Source: an uncultured delta proteobacterium (GTDB taxonomy: Bacteria > Desulfobacterota > Binatia > HRBIN30 > BPIQ01). From it: a stretch of 64,000 bases of DNA. Made by a program: the position numbers and the translations under genes. Below the pieces are notes generated by a model. It was not told the origin of the DNA and did not search any database. It saw nothing but the letters and a program-made list of their open reading frames with translations. Position 1 is the first letter of the stretch. The number at the start of each line of letters is the position of its first letter. Below, one piece after another: positions 36,125 to 45,328 of this stretch. The DNA is taken from assembly GCA_963761335.1 (NCBI GenBank), contig CAVXGR010000011.1:64001-128000 (forward strand). Direction: 5' to 3'.

Positions 36125-38550
36125 TGGAGTCGCGAACCAACATGACGGATTCGAAAGAGACCAGCGGCGAGACCACCGCGCCGGCGAGCGGCCAGCCGAT
36201 GCCGCTGCCGGAAGACGCCCTCATTCTCGTCCCGGTGCGCAGCATGGTTCTCTTTCCGGGCACGGTGTTGCCGATCACCATCGGCCGCGCCCGCTCGGTA
36301 GCGGCGGTGCAGGAGGCGGCGCGCAGCGAGCGCCCTCTGGGAATCGTGCTGCAGCGGCAGCCGGAGGTGGAGGATCCCCGGCCGGAGCAGCTCTACGGCG
36401 TCGGCACGGTCGCCAACATCCTCCGCTATCTCACCTCCGCCGAGGGCGCGCATCACGTGATCTGCCAGGGACAGCGCCGCTTTCGTATCCTGGAGATGCT
36501 CGACGGCTATCCGTTCTATGCGGCGCGCGTCGACATGACCCCGGAAACGGTGGTGATGACCAAGGAGATCGAGGCGCGCTGGCACCGCCTCAAGGAGCGC
36601 GCCATGGAAGCGCTCCGCCTGCTGCCGCAGGCTCCGGACGAGCTCTCCGAGACCGTCCAATCGATCGACTCTCCGTCGGCGCTCGCCGACCTCATCGCCA
36701 GCTTCGTCGACATCTCGGCGGCGGAGAAGCAGGACGTCCTCGAGACCTTCGACGTGCAGGAGCGGCTCGACAAGGTGCTCAGCACTCTGGCGCAGCGCAT
36801 CGAGATCCTGCGCCTCTCGCACGAGATCGGCGAGCAGACGAAGGAGTCGCTGGAGCGTCGCCAGCGCGAGTACCTGCTGCGCGAGCAGATGAGGACGATC
36901 CAGAAGGAGCTCGGCGAGGGCGAGGGCCGCAGCAGCGAGATCGAAGAGCTCTCCAAGAAGATCGCCGAAGCGAAGATGCCGCCGGAAGTCGAGCAGGAGG
37001 CGCGCAAGGACCTGTCGCGACTCGAGCGCATGCCGGAGGGAGCGGCGGAGTACTCGATGGCGCGCACCTATCTCGACTGGCTCGTCGAGATTCCCTGGTC
37101 GGTGCGCAGCGAGGACATCCTCGACCTGGCGCGGGCGCGCCAGATCCTCAACGAAGACCACTTCGGGCTGGAGAAGGTGAAGCGGCGCATCGTCGAGTAC
37201 CTGGCGGTGCGCAAGCTCAACCCGCAGGGGCGCAGCCCAATCCTCTGCCTGGTGGGGCCGCCGGGGGTGGGAAAGACCTCGCTCGGGCAGAGCGTCGCGC
37301 GCGCCATGGGGCGCAAGTTCGTGCGCGTCAGTCTCGGGGGCACCCACGACGAGGCCGAGATTCGCGGCCACCGCCGTACCTATATCGGCGCCCTGCCCGG
37401 CAACATCATCCAGGCCATCCGCAAGGCCGGCACCCGCAACCCGGTGTTCATGCTCGACGAGCTCGACAAGCTCGGCGCCGGCGGCTTTCACGGGGATCCC
37501 GCGTCGGCCCTGCTGGAGGTGCTCGATCCCGAGCAGAACTCGACGTTCCGCGACAACTACCTCGGCGTTCCCTACGACCTCAGCGAGGTGATGTTCATCG
37601 GCACCGCCAACATCCTCGACCCCATTCCCGGCCCGTTGCGCGACCGCATGGAGGTGATCGAGCTGCCCGGCTACACCGAGGAGGAGAAGGTTCAGATTGC
37701 ACGCCGCTATCTGGTCCCGCGCCAGCTGCGGGAAAACGGGCTGACGGCCGAGCAGTGCGAGATCAGCGAAGGCGCCCTGCACGCGCTGGTGCGCGACTAC
37801 ACCCGCGAGGCGGGATGCCGCAACCTGGAGCGCGAGATCGGCTCCGTGTTTCGCCACGTGGCGGCGCGGATCGCCGAGGCCACCGCCAAGCGGGTGTCGG
37901 TCGACGCCGCCGACCTCCACGACATCCTCGGACCGCGCCGCTTCGAGAACGAGCTGGCGATGCGCACCAGCGTCGCCGGCGTCGCCACCGGGCTGGCCTG
38001 GACGCCCACCGGCGGCGACATTCTCTTCATCGAGGCGACGCGCATGCCGGGAAACGGCCGCCTGATCCTCACCGGCCAGCTGGGCGAGGTGATGAAGGAG
38101 AGCGCTCAGGCGGCGTTGAGCCTGGTGCGCGCCAACGCCGCGCGCCTCGGCCTGGCCGCCGACCTCTTCGAGAAGAGCGACATCCACATCCACGTCCCCG
38201 CTGGGGCCATCCCCAAGGACGGCCCCAGCGCCGGCGTCGCCATCTACACGGCCCTGGTGTCGCTGGTCACCGACAGAACGGTGCACAGCGACGTCGCCAT
38301 GACCGGCGAGATCAGTCTGCGCGGTCTGGTTCTGCCCGTGGGCGGCATCAAGGAAAAGGTGGTGGCGGCGGCCCGCGCCGGCATCCGCACGGTGCTGCTG
38401 CCGGCGCGCAACCGCAACGACTTCGAAGAGATTCCCGAGCTGGCGCGCCAGCAGCTCCAGTTCGTCTGGCTGGAGCGCGTCGAGGACGCGGTGCGCGGCG
38501 CCATCGAGGACCCTCCCGAGACGCGGGTCAGCGAGCGTGCCCGCGCCTGA
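36124..38550 (+). CDS. lon: Lon protease
   Basis: VLFPG N-domain, GPPGVGKTS, PKDGPSAG, PVGGIKEK; TGATG coupling to hsp20. Confidence 0.97.
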   Translation: MESRTNMTDSKETSGETTAPASGQPMPLPEDALILVPVRSMVLFPGTVLPITIGRARSVAAVQEAARSERPLGIVLQRQPEVEDPRPEQLYGVGTVANILRYLTSAEGAHHVICQGQRRFRILEMLDGYPFYAARVDMTPETVVMTKEIEARWHRLKERAMEALRLLPQAPDELSETVQSIDSPSALADLIASFVDISAAEKQDVLETFDVQERLDKVLSTLAQRIEILRLSHEIGEQTKESLERRQREYLLREQMRTIQKELGEGEGRSSEIEELSKKIAEAKMPPEVEQEARKDLSRLERMPEGAAEYSMARTYLDWLVEIPWSVRSEDILDLARARQILNEDHFGLEKVKRRIVEYLAVRKLNPQGRSPILCLVGPPGVGKTSLGQSVARAMGRKFVRVSLGGTHDEAEIRGHRRTYIGALPGNIIQAIRKAGTRNPVFMLDELDKLGAGGFHGDPASALLEVLDPEQNSTFRDNYLGVPYDLSEVMFIGTANILDPIPGPLRDRMEVIELPGYTEEEKVQIARRYLVPRQLRENGLTAEQCEISEGALHALVRDYTREAGCRNLEREIGSVFRHVAARIAEATAKRVSVDAADLHDILGPRRFENELAMRTSVAGVATGLAWTPTGGDILFIEATRMPGNGRLILTGQLGEVMKESAQAALSLVRANAARLGLAADLFEKSDIHIHVPAGAIPKDGPSAGVAIYTALVSLVTDRTVHSDVAMTGEISLRGLVLPVGGIKEKVVAAARAGIRTVLLPARNRNDFEEIPELARQQLQFVWLERVEDAVRGAIEDPPETRVSERARA

Positions 38551-39826
38551 ATCGCGGCGCGCATCGCCAGGCGCCGAGGCGCACGGAAGCCGCGCCGCGG
38601 GAGTGTTCTACGGCTGGCGCATCGTCGCCGGCGTCTTCGCCATCTATTTCGTCAGCGGCGGCCTCTTCAATACCGCCACCATCTACTTCAAGGCCCTGAT
38701 CGACGACTTCGGCTGGCAACGCGGTGAGCTGGCAGGGGTCTTCTCGCTCGGATATCTGGTCGTCGGCGTATCCTCGCCGGTCTGGGGCCGCATCGCCGAT
38801 CGGCGCGGCCCGCGCTCGGCGTTCATCCCCGGGGTGCTGCTCACTGGCGTTCTCTGCGCGGCGCTCAGCCGCGTTTGGAATCTCACCTCGCTGTACCTCT
38901 TCTACGTCCTCTTCACCTTCAGCTTCGCCGCCATCTCGCTGATTCCGATCAGCGTCATCCTCTCGAACTGGTTCGTGCGCAAGCGCGGCCGCGCCATCGG
39001 CATCGCCTACACCGGCGTCGGCTTCGGCACCTTTTTTCTGACGCCGCTGGTCGGGCTGCTGGTCACCGATCTCGGGTGGCGAAATGCCTATGTCGTCTCC
39101 GGGCTCGCGGTGCTGTTGCTGCTCACGCCCGTGGCGCTGTGGATCAGCAACCGGCCGCAGGACCTCGGGCTGTCGCCCGACGGCATCGGCGTCGAGGACG
39201 ACGCCGCAGCGGGCCGGAGCCACCTCGCCACCGGCATGGCGCTGATCGAGGCCCTGCGGACTCCGGCGTTCTGGCTGGTGGCCGCCACCTGGCTGCTCAC
39301 CATGATGCCGCTGACGGCGGTGAACCTGCACCAGGTGCCCTTCCTCACCGACCTCGGGCTGTCGACCCAGGCGGCCTCGCTGGCCGCCGGCTTCGTCGGC
39401 GGCCTCAGCATCATCGGACGCATCGGCGTCGGCGTGCTCTCGGAGAGATACTCGATCCAGAAGATTTTCGCCGCCTGCTACCTGCTCCTGGCCCTGGGCA
39501 TCGCCGCCCTGTGGGCGACGGCGCGCCTCGGGCCGATCTCCCTGGCACCCTTCGTCACCTTCTTCGGCATCGCCGTCGGTGGCTGCTTTGCGCTCACCGC
39601 TCTCCTCGTCGGCGATCTCTTCGGCGGCCGCGCTCTCGGCGAGATCTTCGGCATGCTCGGCCTCGCCGGAACCATCGGCGGCGCCGCCGGCGCCACCGGC
39701 GCCGGGCTCATGTTCGATGCGCTCGGCAACTACAACGCCGTCTTCGCCGTGTGCATCGGGCTGTCGCTCCTCGGAGCGGGCATGATCCTTCTCGTCCGCC
39801 GTCCGCTTCCGGCGCTGGCGGGCTAG
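38537..39826 (+). CDS. MFS transporter
   Basis: FYGWRIV, GRIADRRGPR, WFVRKRGRAIG, about 12 TM. Confidence 0.93.
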   Translation: MPAPESRRASPGAEAHGSRAAGVFYGWRIVAGVFAIYFVSGGLFNTATIYFKALIDDFGWQRGELAGVFSLGYLVVGVSSPVWGRIADRRGPRSAFIPGVLLTGVLCAALSRVWNLTSLYLFYVLFTFSFAAISLIPISVILSNWFVRKRGRAIGIAYTGVGFGTFFLTPLVGLLVTDLGWRNAYVVSGLAVLLLLTPVALWISNRPQDLGLSPDGIGVEDDAAAGRSHLATGMALIEALRTPAFWLVAATWLLTMMPLTAVNLHQVPFLTDLGLSTQAASLAAGFVGGLSIIGRIGVGVLSERYSIQKIFAACYLLLALGIAALWATARLGPISLAPFVTFFGIAVGGCFALTALLVGDLFGGRALGEIFGMLGLAGTIGGAAGATGAGLMFDALGNYNAVFAVCIGLSLLGAGMILLVRRPLPALAG

Positions 39827-39879
39827 CCCGCGGCGCAGCGGAGATGTGCCCGGCGGCAGGGGCCCGCCTTGCAATCCGA

Positions 39880-41472
39880 TCAGCTGCCGCCCTGCGGGCG
39901 GTTCGAGTGCAGATGCAGGATCTTGCCGGCGGCGGTGGAGCGCACCGGTGCCCGCTCGACGCAGAGCACCCCGGCGTCGCGCCAGACGAGCTGCATGACC
40001 CGCTCGACCCCGGAGCCGCCGCCGATGGCGGAGAGAAACACTTCCGCGACCTCGCGCGTATCGAGCGGCCCGACACTGGGGCTCACCACCAGGCGCAGCT
40101 GCGCCTGCCCATCGTCATCCGCCGATTCCACCAGCTGATAATCCAGCGCCGAGCCGCCGAAGCGCGCCGGCAGGACCTCCTCGAGAACGTGCACCACGTT
40201 GCTGTCCTGGAAGGTCATGCCGGCCGCGGTGAGCTTCTCGAAGCTGGAGATCGAGTGCAGACGCGCCGTCCAGCCGAGCGCCTCCAAGGCGCAGCCGCAG
40301 GGCCGCCGCTCGACAGTGCCGACGTCTCCCATGGAGACGTTGAGCAGAATCAAGCGGGCCGTGCGCCGCAGCGAGGAGAGCAACAGGGCACCGCGCGGCA
40401 GACCGGCAGATGGATCATCCTCCTCGAGGCGGACGAGGGCGTGCAGGTCTTCGAGCACGTGCACCTCGTCCGGCCATTGCGGCGCCGCGCAGCCGTTGCC
40501 GATGGCGCCGCACTCGATGGTGCCATAGAGCGGAATTCCCTCCGCTCCGGCGCGCCGGAGCGGCGCCAGGCGGCCCGCGGTGATCGGTTCGCCGCGCAGG
40601 CTGAAGCGGGCGCCGCGCAGATCGAGGCCGGACTGAAGGGCGACCTCGCAGACACGGGCCGCGGCGCTCGGATGCGCTGCAAGGTGGGGCGTCTGCCCGC
40701 GTCGCAGCACCTCCGACATCCACTCGGCGATCGGCCGCGGATCGGTCAGAGGCACGAGGAAGGGGCGGGGGAACGGCATGCCGGCGAGCCAGCTGCCCCA
40801 GCGCATCAGGCGCAGACTCCAGCGATAGCGCGCGTGAAGCCCGGGAGCGCTTGGGTCGAGGTAGAGAAACCAGCGGTCCGGAGGCGACCCGAAGCCGATC
40901 GCGATCAGCAGCGCGGCGGAGACCAGGCTGCCCCCGGGCGCCGCCCACAGCCCCTTGACCCAAGAGGCGCCACCGTGAGCCTCGAAAGCGAGATAGGAGT
41001 CGACGGCGAGCTCGCGCAGCGCCGCGAGATCGACCAGGATCGGCAGGGCGGGGCCGCGACTGCCACCGGTGCGCACCGGCAGATGATAGGCGGACCAGGG
41101 ATTCCGCAGTCTCTCCGGGTCGACGGCAATGGACGCACTGCCGCGCCTCGCCGGCCGGCGTCCCTTGAGCTCGTCCACGGTCAGGTACACGCCGGCGCGA
41201 TAGAGGGACGCGAGGGCGACCTCGAGGCCGTCGCGCCGCACCATCTTCTCCAGATCCCCGTACTCGCAGCCGGCGTTGCCCAACAACATCCGATAGGGGC
41301 TTCCCGCATCGGCATAGATGGCCTCGCGCGCCACGGCGAGGAAGCCGTCCTCGCGGTGCTGGAGTCGCTCGCGCAGGATCGCGTGGGCCTTGCCCGGGTC
41401 GAGCGGGACGCGCAGGTAGCTGCGCAGCTGGGTGAAGAATCGCCAGGCGATGGCAATGTCAGCGGGAACCAC
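39880..41472 (-). CDS. Phenylacetate-CoA ligase (PaaK)-like adenylate-forming protein
   Basis: RTGGSRG P-loop, RGEP, YGTIECG, NVSMGDVG, CGC, RSTAAGKI. Confidence 0.75.
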   Translation of the reverse strand: MVPADIAIAWRFFTQLRSYLRVPLDPGKAHAILRERLQHREDGFLAVAREAIYADAGSPYRMLLGNAGCEYGDLEKMVRRDGLEVALASLYRAGVYLTVDELKGRRPARRGSASIAVDPERLRNPWSAYHLPVRTGGSRGPALPILVDLAALRELAVDSYLAFEAHGGASWVKGLWAAPGGSLVSAALLIAIGFGSPPDRWFLYLDPSAPGLHARYRWSLRLMRWGSWLAGMPFPRPFLVPLTDPRPIAEWMSEVLRRGQTPHLAAHPSAAARVCEVALQSGLDLRGARFSLRGEPITAGRLAPLRRAGAEGIPLYGTIECGAIGNGCAAPQWPDEVHVLEDLHALVRLEEDDPSAGLPRGALLLSSLRRTARLILLNVSMGDVGTVERRPCGCALEALGWTARLHSISSFEKLTAAGMTFQDSNVVHVLEEVLPARFGGSALDYQLVESADDDGQAQLRLVVSPSVGPLDTREVAEVFLSAIGGGSGVERVMQLVWRDAGVLCVERAPVRSTAAGKILHLHSNRPQGGS

Positions 41473-41626
41473 GCGAGGTCATTATCGCCGACGCTGTGCC
41501 TACACAATCACAGCAGCAGCACAACCTTTGGCTCGTGGCCCATCTGTTCGCGGTGCATGGGGACAGGCAACTTTTGCGCGCAATGCCCGCTTGCAGCCCG
41601 CCACGCTTCGGCAGCGCAAAAGTAGC

Positions 41627-41997
41627 CTGCTTCGAAAATCTGTTGGGTGATGGTCTGTCGGAGCCCCGGCGCTGGGGTGATGGCGTATCGCCCCGGAGGG
41701 GCGCAGGCATGTAGCCCCGGGTGTCAACCCGGGGACCGCGTTCCGATTGGCCCAGATCAGCGCCCCGCAGGGGCGCAGGCGTAGAGGCCGCGTGAGTCAC
41801 CTCGATGGGCTCCCCACGCACCCAGCGGTGATCATCGGCGTACAGGCGTGACATCGACGAAAACTTGCCCGCGCCCCTGCGGGGCGCCTATGACGGAGCG
41901 CGCATTCTTCCCCGGGTTTCACCCGGGGCTACACGCCACCGCCCCTCCGGGGCGAACTTCACTCAGGCGAGAACCTCCAAGTCTCTTGCCGAAGCAG
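41627..41997. mobile_element. MITE-like element enclosing an inverted pair of GTAG REP clusters
   Basis: Ends CTGCTTCGAAAA / TTGCCGAAGCAG. Internal TGTAGCCCCGGG...CCCGGGG and GCCCC-N3-GGGGC hairpins in opposite orientations. Confidence 0.65.
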
Positions 41998-42059
41998 ATC
42001 CCCGGCCTCATTTTCATCGTCTACTCGTGAGCCGCAAGGCTCATGATGCACTGTCCCCA

Positions 42060-43862
42060 TCATCGGCCGAGGACAACGATGGCGGTGTCGGCATTCAGAT
42101 TCGGGTCGTCGGTCACCGGCTGCCCGGCGGCGGTGTCGATGTAGATGGCGCGGAGAATGCGAAAGCCCTTGGCGGCGCAGAGGTCCTCGAAGTCGACGAT
42201 CGAGGGAAAGCGGCGGTTCGGGGTGTCGTGCCAGTCGTAGGCGTAGAGACCCGGCTCTTTCGGCACGCGCCCCTGCCGATACAACATCTCGCGCATCGGC
42301 CGGTGGGCGAAGTTGGGAAAGCTGACGATGGCCTCGGCACCGACGCGAACCAGCTCGCGCAGCACCCCGCTGACGTCCTCGATCGACTGCAAGGTCTGCG
42401 ACAACACCACCACGTCGAACTGCCCGGTGGAGAACGCCGACAGGCCGCGATCGACGTCGGCCTGCACGACGTCGAGACCCCGCTCGATGCAGTCGGCGAC
42501 GGCGCTCTCATCGAGCTCGATCCCCATCAGCCGCCGGTTGCCGTGCTGTCGCAGCAGCGCCAGCAGCTCGCCGTTTCCGCAGCCGACGTCGAGAACGCTG
42601 GCGTCGCCGGCAATCAGCTCGGCGATCAGCCGGTAATCGAGGCGGCGGTGGTGAAAGATGCTGGTGGCGTCCTCCCGCGCCCGGTCTTCGATCGCCGCCT
42701 CCGGGGCTTCGCCGCGCAGGTGGCCGAGAAACGCCGCAATCATGCGGCCGCCGGTGGCCAGCCCTTCCTCGAGGAGGAAGGAGTCGTGGCCGCCGAGGCT
42801 CTCGATGTTGCAGTAGCTCACCGGCTTGCGCTCGGCGAGCAGGGCGCCCACCAGCTCGCGGCTCTGCTCGGGCAGATACAGCCAGTCGCTGCTGAAGCTC
42901 AGGATCAGCCACCGGCACCGCGAGGGCCGCAGGGCGGCGCGCAGCTTCTCCGGGGTGTCGCCGAGGTCGAACAGGTCCATCGCCATCGACAGGGTGATGT
43001 AGCTGTTGGCGTCGAAACGCTCGACGAACTTGTGGCCCTGGTATGCGAGATAGGAGCCCACGGAAAACTTCTTCTCGAAGGCGGTGGAGACCTCGCGCGG
43101 CGCGAAGCGCGTCGGATCGAACTTGCGCTGCATCGCTTCACTGGACAGGTAGGTGACGTGCGCGAGCATGCGGGCGATCGCCAGCCCGGCCTCCGGCGCC
43201 GGCCCATCGTAGTACTGGCCGCCGCGGAAACGAACGTCCTGGGTGATGGCATTGCGACCGACCACGTCGAAGGCGAGCGCCTGCGCGTTCAGCCGCGGCG
43301 AGGTGGCCACGGCGACGCAGCCGCGCACCTTGTGCGGGAGAGCGGTCGCCCACTCCAGCGCCTGGAAGCCGCCGAGCGAGCCGCCGACCACCGCATGCAG
43401 ACAGCCGACACCAAGGTGCTCGAGGAGCAGCGCCTGGAGCCGCACCATGTCGCCGACGGTAACCACCGGGAAGTCGGAGCCGTAGGGCTTGCCGGTGCGC
43501 GGGTTGGTGAAGTTCGGTCCGCTGGTGCCCCGACAGCCGCCGAGGACGTTGGAGCAAACGACGAAGTAGCGCGAGGTGTCGATGGGCCGTCCCGGACCGA
43601 CCATCACCTCCCACCACCCCGGAGCGTCGGCCTCGTCATGGCGGGCGACGTGGGAATCGCCGCTGACGGCGTGGCAGACGAGGACGGCGTTGTCGCCGTT
43701 CGGGCTCAGCCGGCCGTAGGTCTCATAGCAGACGGCGACCGAGTCGAGGACGCCGCCGCTCTCCAGCGGGAAGCGCTGATCGAGGGTCCACGTCTGCGCC
43801 TGCAGCAGAGGCGCGGCGCTGCGGCTGGCGTCGGAGCTGTCGAAGTCGTCGCCTTCGCTCAC
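42060..43862 (-). CDS. metX: Homoserine O-acetyltransferase fused to a MetW-type methyltransferase domain
   Basis: VCHAVSGD, GGSLGG, FDANSY, GHDSFL, then LDVGCGNG, LSQTLQ, VSFPNF, WHDTPN. Confidence 0.93.
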   Translation of the reverse strand: MSEGDDFDSSDASRSAAPLLQAQTWTLDQRFPLESGGVLDSVAVCYETYGRLSPNGDNAVLVCHAVSGDSHVARHDEADAPGWWEVMVGPGRPIDTSRYFVVCSNVLGGCRGTSGPNFTNPRTGKPYGSDFPVVTVGDMVRLQALLLEHLGVGCLHAVVGGSLGGFQALEWATALPHKVRGCVAVATSPRLNAQALAFDVVGRNAITQDVRFRGGQYYDGPAPEAGLAIARMLAHVTYLSSEAMQRKFDPTRFAPREVSTAFEKKFSVGSYLAYQGHKFVERFDANSYITLSMAMDLFDLGDTPEKLRAALRPSRCRWLILSFSSDWLYLPEQSRELVGALLAERKPVSYCNIESLGGHDSFLLEEGLATGGRMIAAFLGHLRGEAPEAAIEDRAREDATSIFHHRRLDYRLIAELIAGDASVLDVGCGNGELLALLRQHGNRRLMGIELDESAVADCIERGLDVVQADVDRGLSAFSTGQFDVVVLSQTLQSIEDVSGVLRELVRVGAEAIVSFPNFAHRPMREMLYRQGRVPKEPGLYAYDWHDTPNRRFPSIVDFEDLCAAKGFRILRAIYIDTAAGQPVTDDPNLNADTAIVVLGR

Positions 43863-43889
43863 GCACAACTCCCGCGGCCGAGCTGCCGC

Positions 43890-45194
43890 TCACTGGCTGG
43901 CGCGCAGCGCCTGGTCGAGGTCGGCGACGATGTCGTCGAGGTCCTCGATGCCGACGGAGACACGCACGTACTCCGGGCTGACGCCGGTGGCCCGCTGCTC
44001 CTCCGGGGTCAGCTGCGAGTGGGTGGTCGAGGCCGGATGGATCACCAGGGTCTTGGCGTCGCCGATGTTGGCGAGATGGCTGGCCAGCTTGACGTTCTCG
44101 ATGAACTTGCGGCCGGCGGCCTCGCCGCCCTTGATGCCGAAGCCGAGCAGCGCCCCGCAACCCCGCGGCAGATAGCGCTTGGCCATCTGGTAATCGCGAT
44201 GACTCGGCAGGCCGGGATAGTTCACCCACTCCACGGAGGCGTGCTTCTCCAGGAAGGCGGCGACCTCCTGGGCGTTCTCGCAATGCCGCTGCATGCGCAG
44301 CGGCACCGTCTCCACGCCGAGCAGGGTGACGAAGGCCGCGAACGGGCTCATCGCCGCACCGGTATCGCGCAGCCAGTGGGTACGCGCGTGCAGCACGTAG
44401 GCGATGTTGCCGATCGGCCGCAGCGCCTCTTCGAAGACGATGCCGTGATAGGACGGCGAAGGGCTGCAGAGCTCCGGCCACTTCTGCGGCGCCGACGCCC
44501 AGGGGAACTTGCCGCTGTCGATGAGGACCCCGCCGACGTGCACTCCGTGGCCGCCGAGGAACTTGGTGGTGGAGTGCACGACGATGTCGACGCCGTGCTC
44601 GATGGGGCGCAGCAGCACCGGCGTCATCACCGTGTTGTCGCACATCGTCGGCAGCCCGTGGGCGTGCGACACCTCGGTGATCTTGGCGAAATCGGGAACG
44701 TCGTTCTTCGGGTTTCCGAGGCTCTCGAAGTAGACGCAGCGGGTATTCTCGTCGACCAGGTCGGCGATCTTCTCCGGAGTGCGCGGATCGAAGAAGCGGA
44801 CCTCGATGCCGAGCTGGCGAAAAGTCTGGGTGAACAGCGTCCAGGTGCCGCCGTAGAGGCTGGTGGCGGAGATGAGGTTCTGGCCGGAGTGGCAGATGGT
44901 CAGGAGGCCGGCGGTGATCGCCGCCTGACCGGAGGCGAACGACAGCGCCGCGGCGCCGCCTTCCATTGCCGCCAGCCTCTTCTCGAGCACGTCGTTGGTC
45001 GGGTTCATGATGCGCGAGTAGATGTTGCCGAACTCGCTCAGGGCGAAGAGATTGGCGGCGTGCTGCGTATCCTTGAAGACGTACGAGGTGGTGGCGTAGA
45101 TCGGCACGGCGCGCGCACCGGTGGTCGGATCCGGCTCCTGGCCGGCATGCAGCGCCATCGTTTCAATCCCCTGGGGCTTCGTCTGCTCGCTCAT
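43890..45194 (-). CDS. metY: O-acetylhomoserine aminocarboxypropyltransferase
   Basis: AVPIYATTSY, YSRIMNPT, HSTTKFLGGHG, LANIGDAKTLVIHPASTTH. Confidence 0.96.
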   Translation of the reverse strand: MSEQTKPQGIETMALHAGQEPDPTTGARAVPIYATTSYVFKDTQHAANLFALSEFGNIYSRIMNPTNDVLEKRLAAMEGGAAALSFASGQAAITAGLLTICHSGQNLISATSLYGGTWTLFTQTFRQLGIEVRFFDPRTPEKIADLVDENTRCVYFESLGNPKNDVPDFAKITEVSHAHGLPTMCDNTVMTPVLLRPIEHGVDIVVHSTTKFLGGHGVHVGGVLIDSGKFPWASAPQKWPELCSPSPSYHGIVFEEALRPIGNIAYVLHARTHWLRDTGAAMSPFAAFVTLLGVETVPLRMQRHCENAQEVAAFLEKHASVEWVNYPGLPSHRDYQMAKRYLPRGCGALLGFGIKGGEAAGRKFIENVKLASHLANIGDAKTLVIHPASTTHSQLTPEEQRATGVSPEYVRVSVGIEDLDDIVADLDQALRASQ

Positions 45195-45328
45195 CTTTCC
45201 TTCCTCTTCTCCGTTGGGCAGACGTGGAGTCTAGACGACCTCCGCAGGGCGAGACAAGGAGAAGAGGGTCCCAACACCTCAACACCCCGCTTCTTGACCT
45301 GCGCCCGCTCCCCGTCTGTACTGCCGCA

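Noticed and set aside
41660..41960. Repeats as a CRISPR array
   Set aside because: Palindromic, inverted and irregularly spaced, with no unique spacers and no cas genes.
45195..45320. SAM-I riboswitch upstream of metY
   Set aside because: The conserved ATC.AGAG / GAGGGA..GGCCC / GCAACC elements are not present.
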